From Amoebophrya sp. A120 (Eukaryota; Protista; Dinoflagellata), in contig CAJINV010000043.1 in assembly GCA_905178155.1 (NCBI GenBank), positions 19,055-62,859 of the forward strand: 43,805 bases of DNA, written 5' to 3'. The notes under the pieces were generated by a model. It saw only the letters and a list, made by a program, of their open reading frames with translations, was not told the DNA's origin and made no database searches. Positions 35,401 through 43,805 of the stretch are shown here, one piece after another (within the stretch, counting starts at the first letter, position 1; each line of letters starts with the position of its first letter). Both the position numbers and the translations under genes were made by a program.

Positions 35401-36338
35401 AGTTACCTTGAGAACAGAATTTGTAATGCATGACTGCGATTAGTGCGAGTACGATACTTTTGCAATGCATATGACCTCCGTCCCTGCGACGTTTCAGGAG
35501 GAGTGCGTCGGCCACACCTTCCGGAGCTCGTGTCTGCATATCGTGGCGAAAATTTTTTTGCAGCAGGCAACACCGTCAATTTGTCATGGTCTTCTTCATG
35601 CTTGGAATGCATAAGCTTTGAACTACTGTGTCTATTGGTATTGTATCTGATTTTGCATGACAAACTGACAGTGATGCCGGTTCTTTCCTGGTCGATACTG
35701 CTGTGGCTGAAACGAGAGGCGTGGCGGGTCGTGAAACAGCAGCATTTATCAATCGCAAAAGTACAACTACCGCTTGTAGTTCCGATAAATTTTCAATTGC
35801 AGTACTTTTGCATGACAGACTTCTTCTCTATACCAAAATCTGCATGACAAATAGTCTATTCTGACTTTCGAAAAACTTTCTGATGCAAACGATGATACTT
35901 AGCATCCGATAGTTGTACTTGTGCAATGCATAGCGAAGGCTGCGATACGGAGTTACCGAGAAGAAATTCTACCGTAATGACAGCTGCGGGTCAACTGGAG
36001 GGGTGAAGAAAAGGAGGGTGGGGTGGTGAACCACCGCCGAAATCGAGATGACCTTTTACGGCAAAATGAACAGAAAACATCGCACAAGAAAAACTTCCAT
36101 CAACAGCGAAGACATTTTTTTCCACCGCGCCGGGGAGCAGAACAAAGCTTCTGTACTTCCGTCTCATCGTCAACCCACTACATCAGCAGCAGTGCATCGG
36201 GAAGAGAAACAAAGAGTCACCACATCAACAGCTGAAGCGAAAAAAACGACAAAATTATTCCCGTATCAGACTTTTTCTCCCTTGTTCAACATTATGCAAG
36301 ACGGGGGAGGACCACAAAACCAGAACTACGAAAGTTGA
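32500..36338 (+). CDS. Gene 3: multi-exon hypothetical protein, at least 8 non-canonical introns; 3' end approximate
   Basis: ATG 32500 (MATSGSSAQ); join LVQ-QDPDGSYS links ORF 32500 to ORF 33283; later exon includes QEQTLAFLQEGKEELF. Confidence 0.65.
33041..33191. mobile_element. Introner family B
   Basis: TATGCATTGCAAAAGTAACGTACT ... AGTACGATGCTTTTGCGTTGCATA; perfect DR GCAGC; frame restored. Confidence 0.9.
33506..33785. mobile_element. Introner family A-type TIR
   Basis: TATCAAATGCAAATATGTCACCTGG ... CCAGGAGACATATTTGCAATGCATA; DR CACGT/TCCGT. Confidence 0.8.
33897..34162. mobile_element. Introner family A
   Basis: TATCAAATGCAAAAATGTCTGGGTCTGG ... CCAGACCCAAACATTTTTGCATTTGATA; perfect DR CATGA. 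Confidence 0.92.
34247..34501. mobile_element. Introner family A (opposite orientation to 33897)
   Basis: TATCAAATGCAAAAGTGTCTGGGTCTGGAAG ... CTTCCAGACCCAGACATTTTTGCAATCCAGA; perfect DR ACACC. Confidence 0.9.
34561..34716. mobile_element. Introner family B
   Basis: TATGCTCTGCAAAAGTATCG ... CGATGCTTTTGCATTGCATA; perfect DR TTGAA. Confidence 0.9.
34843..34991. mobile_element. Introner family B
   Basis: TATGAACTGCAAAAGTATCGTACTCGTA ... TACGAGTACGGTACTTTTGCAATTCATA; DR CGTGG/AGTCG. Confidence 0.85.
35323..35471. mobile_element. Introner family B
   Basis: TATGGAGTGCAAAAGTATCGTACTCG ... CGAGTACGATACTTTTGCAATGCATA; DR TGACT/TGACC. Confidence 0.9.
35747..35932. mobile_element. Introner family B-like (diverged)
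   Basis: TATCAATCGCAAAAGTACAACTA ... TAGTTGTACTTGTGCAATGCATA. Confidence 0.7.
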
Positions 36339-39300
36339 AAAGTAAATGAATAGCGTTAGCGATCGACCACCACTAGAATTTGCTCAGTTGACAGAAGTAG
36401 TCGTAGTGCAAGTAGCTTTATACTACATCTAAAAATGAAACTGTAAATGCAAGAACCGGTTTTCAAATCAAACGACACATTTTCTTTGATCCGATAATTC
36501 GTGCGGTTTCATGAATGGACACATATTCATCGTCACCCCATCACAGTTAAACTGCAAAACGTACGTAAAATTGTCATGCGCATTTCAATTTGTCCTCACA
36601 AACGCAAGGCTTCTCACCTTGGAACACAAAAAGTTACCCTGGTATTTACAACTTAGCACCAGCTGCAAAGGCAGCCATAGAAGGTCGACGACTGCTTTAC
36701 TGATACTTTTGTACACAGTATCCAAAATGGCTTTTGCTGCGACGTAGAAGAACTACATTCACAGCGGCGAAATTGTCATGCGGTTTCGAAACAGAAACGG
36801 TGCCACAAATAAATATGAAGATGACCCTGTACATTATAGATTGTAACGTTTGAAAGAATTCGCGAAAAAACAAATCCAATGAACCAGGGAGTAAAAGAAG
36901 GCAAAGCTGTGCCGTTGTGGTGGAATGTGACTGTCGGGTTTCGAAGGTGCGAGCGTTGTTCTGTACTTAGCTGTTGGGAACTTACGAAAGTAGTAATAGA
37001 CACAGAGCTGTGCTCAAAGTACGAATTTCGAGAGAATCACGCAGACCTACTGGCCTCCTGCATGTGAAGAGGAGAGCGCAAGAACTCATTCAAGAGTACC
37101 GCAAGAGAGAGAAGGCGAGGTGGCAGGATGAGGCGTCGAGAGCTTCTGCTTAGAAGTAGAAGTTGTACTTTGTGGATTTATTAGTCTGTTACTTTCTAGC
37201 ATGCCGCTGGCGGCAATCGCAAAACCTTTCTGCGGACGTCTTTCGTGACGAAGCCCTGGCTTCGATATGCCAATCGCACGCACAAACGGCTTTGCTAGGG
37301 CGTTTTCCCAAGCTAACCGGCCCTACCTCGGCGACCGCGCCACTCAATAGTCGGATGCAGAACCCCCCGGCGTTCACTTTCGGTATACTAAAGCTAGCTC
37401 CTGATGACGGTGTTGATTGGATTGTGTCGACTAATTGATGACGATTGATTTTCGCGACCCTCTCCGCGACATTTTCACACGATAAACGACTTTTGCGCCA
37501 CAAAATCAAAATCTCTATACAGGTGTTTTAAAGACCAAGCCGAGTTGTTTACGGTGACCGCGGAGTCTTGCGGCAGTCCATTGAACGGGGGCGCGGAGTG
37601 GTCTGCAAGCGGCCAGCGCGGCAGTCTGCTAGCAGGCGGGCGTGCGTGCGCTCTCCTGCCACCAACAGCAGCCGCGGGCGGCAGGTGCCGGCATTGCTCT
37701 GCGCCCGCGGATCGTGAGGCCGCGAGGCCTAGCACCCAGGACGAGTCGGACGAAGGCGGCGCGCCTTCTGGCGCCTGCATGCTCCTGGCGGCTGCCCTCT
37801 TGCTTAGAGCATGGATTTCCCCGCCGGGTCGGTCGTGGCGCCGCCCGCGCAAGCGGCTGGCGCGGCGATGCCAGTTGTTGCAAATTGTTCGCGCGCTTTC
37901 GGTTGTGCACCAGTACCAGCAGCGCAGCGAGCAGGAGTAAAACCTTTTCTGCGCGCGCTGCGCCCAAGCCGCCGCCGCCGCGGCACTGCATACCGCCTCT
38001 CCGGATACACGGACCTGTGGCAGTTGAGACGTGCGCCTACTAAACTACATGTCCGATGATTTGTTCTGTCAGACGTCTTACTACGAAAGGCAGCGGCTTT
38101 CCTGCGCGCCGCAGCTTTCGGAAGCTCTGGCGCAGTTACAGTTTCTCGTACCAAGTAAGAGATAATTACTTTTTGAGAGAACAATCCTGCCTATGGAGAG
38201 GAGCTTCCTTTGACCATGCGAGCGCAGGTCCAGTGCAGCACGGGGCATGGAAAATGAAAGAGCGTTCGAGCGGATGAGCGCGCGACCCTTATTTATTAGG
38301 ACGTAAGCACGCGCATTTGGAATGATTTCCGACGTTTTTCTTCTTGCCATTGCAGCTCGTTGTAGAATTCAAAAATCATGGACCGACTTCGTACCTGGTC
38401 TCCGCGAAGCACGGTCGCGCAACTTGGGAGAGGTTGAGGACGATCTCCTGTGGCTCGAGTCGCCGTCCCCTTCCAAGAACACGCCGGGCTCGAGAGAACA
38501 CGCTTCTTGCAAGCTCGCCGTCCCCTTTCAAGAACACGCTTCTCGCAAAAAGTGCGGCGACCACCTCTGTAATTTTGGGGCAAACCTCCGCGGCGCAACG
38601 CCTCAGCTTACTGATCGATGATAGATTTTTCCGTTGTGGCCGCTGAGCTGGTGCGTTCCGGCAGTCTTGCGGCAGTACTAGTCAACGCAGTTTCGCGCAC
38701 TGCGGCACGCCGTTTCGCGCCTTTGTGAGCGCGATTCCTGTCGTGAAGGACGCCAACGGACGGGCTGCGTGCGGCCCCGCCGCAGAAAATCCCGCCGTTT
38801 GGAGGAAATGCGCTGGACGCCGAGCAAGACGCTGTGAATGAGCCGCGCAAACAGCTCCACGAACGGCACGCGGCCGGGTCTCTGCCTGAAGCTCGCACGC
38901 ACGTCGGCGCCCCGGCCGGCGCGCGAAGTGCCTCCCGTGCAGTCGCACACACTGCGGCCGCGCCAATTCGTTGGGGGCCGGCCCCCGTGCGATAGGCCCC
39001 AGAAAGTGTCGCGCGACGGCCAGCCTCCTGGTGGGTGACGTGCGCTCCGCCGCATCGCCGGCAGCGCGCCGCCTGCCCTATGCCGGCGCGGTTCGTCATG
39101 CGCCTCGTTGGTCCGCCATGGTTGGCCTGCCGCGCAATAATGTACGCTGCTGCGCAGGCGCCAAAACCGCGGCGCGTTACATCGGCGCTCCGTGCCTGCA
39201 GGCGCCATGGCTGGCTGCCGCCCCCGAAAGCCTTTACCACGTGCCGCACCCTTCTATCATTCGCAATGCCCGCTCGCGCGGGGCGCGTAAGTACCATGAG

Positions 39301-42300
39301 CAAGCGCGCATGTGGTCGCGGGCTTCAGAGCTCAATGTTAGAAGAGCCGGGTAGTCGTGTCAGGACTGATCTTTGCCTGCTTAGCACCTACACCGAGGTT
39401 TGACCGCGCGAGCCTCTGTTCGACCGCGCCTACTGTTCGACCGCACGAGCCTCTTGCCAGAGCCCCACAACAATTCCAAACAACCGTAAATTATTTATCA
39501 CACCGTCGAGAGAAGTACAAGGAGTGAGCGATAATCTAGTTTACGCTTTTAGCGGCCAGGAGTTTTGGTTGGTGCAGCTGCAGGTAAATTAAGCACGCCT
39601 CCTGGGCCTTATTCTTGGTCCGGCCGCGTTTGGCGACGAACAATTGTCCGTTTTTCTATCAACAGTTTTTGTTGTCGCTGCGTGTCGTCTTCTTGTTCTT
39701 CCGACGTGTCCTGTTTCTCTGCGTCCTTCGTATCAGTAGAAAATCCGTTTTGGTTTTGAGGTTCCACCGCGTTCTGGAACTGAGATCACAAGTACTTTCA
39801 TGGTTTGTTGTTCCCGTTCTGTACTCAGCAAGCTGTTTGTACCCCCCTCCGGGTACTAGACGGACCTTTGGCAGTTGCTGCCGCGGAAGATGAGACTGGA
39901 CGTGAAGGCAACTGCGTCATTTTGACGTTGAGGTAGTATTTTGCACGACTTGACGGCGGCCTTTCTTTGTGCGCATGAGGTGATTTAATTACACATTACG
40001 AACACTAGTAGACGGCGAAGAGGACGAAGAGCGTGTTATTACCGTAGACGGTTGCAACGACTTGTACAGCAGGTGCGAATAGAAACAAAAAAGCAGAATG
40101 AGTCAACCCCCTTCTAATCCGGGCCTCCCGAGAGGTACCGGCTCGACGCCAGCTTCTGCACCGTATCTATACTGAAAGCAATCCCCGCATCAAAATGCAT
40201 GACCGCGTATGCCACAGCATGGGAACGAAAGGGATTGCATATGAGTTGGGTGACCGACAGCTGTTTTTGCATTGAAACGAAACTGGGATTGATTTCCTAT
40301 TGATACCTTGCAGACTCCACCTGCACCCGCACCTGCGGATCCTAACGCGCCGAAGTACGTGGTACACAGAATCAACGATACGCCCCCCCTATCATGCAAA
40401 AAACTGCTTCCAAGTTCACTCCATGTCTTTCATGGGATGGGTGAAGATGTAATGTTTTCATCTGCAACAGCGCAAGGTCTGATGTGCAGGGCAAACTCGT
40501 TTCTCTCTCACATCGACGTGACTACCCAAAGACGCACCTCAAAAACCAAGACGCACTTTGTTCTAGAACTTGGTCTACTTGCTCTTGCGACACCAGACAA
40601 TAGGGAAAGATCAAAAAGCTTCCCTCCTCCAGAGAGGAAAGTCGGAATTTGGAAGCACTTTTTCGCACGATATTTGAACTACAACATGAGAAAACCTGGT
40701 ATCGAACGGAGTAACTGTCTCAACCTACCATACCCGCACGACACTTTGCGTCCCAGCGCTTGCAACGCAGAGAGAGAAACTATTTGCAGAAAAAATAAGT
40801 CTTTCTACCATTTTCGGACGAGGTCGCGTACTCTACTGTACGTGCCTTATAGGCTAATGCGAACACGACTGAGAAAAACTGTCACGCTTGAGCTGAAAGC
40901 CTCGGAACTGATGGTGGAAGAAACCACGACATCCTTCTGCATTTCAGTTTCTCTTCGCGCGTCGGTAAGAAGAGGCCCTTTGTTTCTGAGGATGTCCTTA
41001 TCTATCCAGTTGCATATCGAAGGAGGCTCCTTGCTGTCAGAGGAAAAGCTAAGATGGTAAACAAGATACGGATGATGATTATGAAGGAGCCGCGACAACA
41101 TGATCCCTTTTTCGGTCTCACTACTGGTGTGCATGGATCAGAATATTAGCTTGCTTTTCCTCTGGGTTCGGAACAAACCCTTTGTTCAGCTCGATAACGG
41201 CACCACGCGGGGGCGGTAAGACCTTCGTGCAGGTCGTGAACCAATCGAGTATGCAGTCAGCCACGAGTGATATTATACGGAAAAGCACACCCATACGACG
41301 TGGCAAACCTATTTTTGTTGCACATAAAACATTATTTTTTTTTGGCATCAGTGAACGCATTGCTCTGCATGACAAAGTTTTCGATTCTAGTGTCGTGCAT
41401 TACAAACTGCTGCTTCTACTTTTTATGGACCAAAAAGCATTTGCGCCGTAGCGCTAGAATTTATATGTACAGAATTTTTCTTTTCCTGGGTGTATGGATT
41501 TGATTTTGCTTTTCTCTTTCATACCGACAATGAACAATCCAACCTCTGCAATGACGTCACAACAGCCAGCTGCTGCGTCGAGCGGCGGAGCGGGAGGTAG
41601 TATTTTGGGTAGTTCCAACGATGTTTTTTCGAATCAATGTCAATGTTGCGTAAGATGCATTTTTTGCATAAATATTTTGGCTGCAATTTAGAAAATCACG
41701 TGAAAACGAATGGACCACTCTCGTGATCTTTTTTGGCGATGGTCATCTTTCTCGAACTCTACACACAGGTATGTCCGCGAATACCACCACGTTCGGGCTC
41801 GGTTTCCCAGGTTTCTACTGTGGTTATCTGTTGGTGTTTTAGGACCATTGTGAGAAATGCCGCATGAATAGAAGTACCGCTTTGAAGATGGATTGTGTAT
41901 GATTATGTGACGTCTCCATTTTCTTGTACTAAATCTATTTCAATACGTCAAAGGTATTGGGATAAAACCCGCTCCCGGGTTTGGGAATTTTAGAAGCCCT
42001 GTGAGTGCCCAGTTATCAGATGAACTAGTAATGATGTAGTGCTAATTTTGTCATGCTCGCCCAAGAGGGAGGCATATGCTCGACCAGTCTCTCTGCGGCG
42101 TCGGAGACAGGTTCATTCTTGGGACAGCTGCATTGGTCAGATTGGAAGTCGTCATGAAGTGAATTTGAAGCACTGCATTTGCAGCTTTGAGCACCATACC
42201 TCCAGAACCGGTTCTCCGCGTCCTCGGCGAGCGCGCGGTCTTCTGCTCAAGGAGGAGCCTCGATTCGAACTGGTGCCGGGAGTGCTGCGGGTAGTTATTC

Positions 42301-43755
42301 TAGTTGCTTTTACTTTGTGTGAAGTAGAAGCGCAGCTTGATCATGAAAATTGCAAATTGTTTTTTGCCTGGACAGCGGCACGAGGACAGCGCTATGCTGT
42401 AGTGAGGCAAGATCAAGTAGGAATAAAAGGGCATGCGTTTGAAATTATGACAAACAATTTTCAGGTAAACCGCCTGCGTCAGCTCCTTCCAACGCGGCCA
42501 CCGGTACGAACGTGCCAAGACTCCAGCTGCAGTTCGCCGGAAAATCTACGCCCGCTGTACCAAGTGAAAACGTGTGCCACGTCTGTGCAATGTCGTTTCA
42601 GTTTGTGCTTATTCATAGTGTTGATCATGACCACGGAATTGCAGCACTAGCTTCGACAACACCTCCTCGCGCATGCCTTACTCCAGCCTGCTGGATCAGA
42701 TTCAACATCGAACCAAGATAGACTGCAATTATTTCGGGTAGAACGGATAGGCATGCTCCGACACCGACACACCTTTCCATTCGACTCAGAACGCAGCTCT
42801 CCACCAACGTGTCCTCCACCGCGAACACGTCTCTGTTTATTGCCTGAAATTCAGTCTTTGTGTGGAAACGATTTTGCAGAGGATATTGTGCACCGTAGTG
42901 ACGTTGTATTGCAACAGTTTTGTATCTTTACGAGCAGGAGCATAACGATATTCATTTTTGTACATATCATCGCGTCGCACCAGCAGGTGCTTGCCATCTC
43001 GAAGTCAACATTTGGCGTACACAACTTCGGCGTCATGTCTTGCTTTCGGTTTCCACCACACGCAGCATATTTTTTTGCATAGGTGCTAACTTATGGTGAT
43101 GAAAAAAGATTTCACGATATACAGGAATAAAAACGCTTCGTTCGAGTTTTTATTTCGAGGCGTGAAGCTTTTTCTTCTCCATTCGCCACGGCGGTTGTCG
43201 GCAGCAGCACGTTACGAAAATGAACAATATCACTGAACAGCCTGTGGTCACAAAAGCAAATCGCTCTTGTCCTCGCCGCTTTTGGCATGCGATGAAGGTG
43301 TCTTGATGAAGAAACTAAATTAGCATAATAGCAGAAGCAATGTGATGAAGATTGATAGAAGCATAACGGCGGCAGTCCCTGTTTGTGGCTTGTACTAGCA
43401 GCTGGAGTATTTTTCACAGTCACATACAGGAGCGACGAGCAACACTCCGAGTCTACCACTGCCGTCGTCATCGCTCTTTGGCGGTAGCAACAACCGCTAT
43501 TTCCAGGTATAATCGGACGACACTGTGCTACTTTTTTAAAAAATAACTGCGACCAGTCCGCAACGTTGTGTTCTGCTGTGTGGACACTTGAAAGTGACGG
43601 CTAACATCTTGCAGCTTTGCCCGAGCCGGAGTATTTAGCAGCCCTATTCTGGCTACCCGCGTTTTCCTTTGCGTTCTACTTTATCTTAGAGCCTTCTCCC
43701 GTTCTGCTCTGGGGGGGGTAGGGGGGGGCAAAAACAATGTGACACAGATCGACGG

Positions 43756-43805
43756 CGATCTGGGCTTTCGATCTGGGCTTTCGATCTGGGCTTTCGATCT
43801 GGGCT
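43756..43805 (+). repeat. 13-bp tandem repeat (CGATCTGGGCTTT)n running off the window end
   Basis: ~3.8 perfect units. Confidence 0.9.

Noticed and set aside
1110-35932. Recurring peptides in the ORF track (CAKVSYSY, PDPDIF, QKYRTRINA, ILSKNVPTPE) as a protein repeat domain
   Set aside because: They are translations of the TIRs in various frames and strands
40308-41060. 250-aa + strand ORF as a gene
   Set aside because: Non-ATG start, no recognisable motif, and competing minus-strand fragments
1-43805. Dinoflagellate spliced-leader sequence or relic (CCGTAGCCATTTTGGCTCAAG)
   Set aside because: Not seen by eye, so the taxonomic assignment stays an inference

Overview
Eukaryotic genomic DNA; the organisation resembles what I recall for the parasitic dinoflagellate Amoebophrya (Syndiniales), but this is an inference. 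Three long + strand genes for low-complexity hypothetical proteins (~1029-19519, ~21068-28764, ~32500-36338) are broken into short exons by ~55-60 MITE-like elements of 115-335 bp. The elements mostly begin TAT and end ATA, have family-specific terminal inverted repeats (TIRs; at least 7 types) and are flanked by 5-bp direct repeats (DRs). Wherever I tested a clear copy, removing the element plus one DR copy restored the reading frame without any GT-AG, so they behave as non-canonical introner introns. They occur in both orientations, share an internal GCATNACAAA motif, and coexist with a few ordinary GT-AG introns. One ~5-kb intron is a three-level nest: introner > second introner > non-autonomous LTR retrotransposon (apparently identical 441-bp LTRs, tRNA-Ala PBS, 4-bp TSD). 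The window starts in a 144-bp tandem repeat, ends in a 13-bp tandem repeat, and has two unexplained GC-rich islands. Most ORFs in the supplied track are exon fragments or translations of the repeats.
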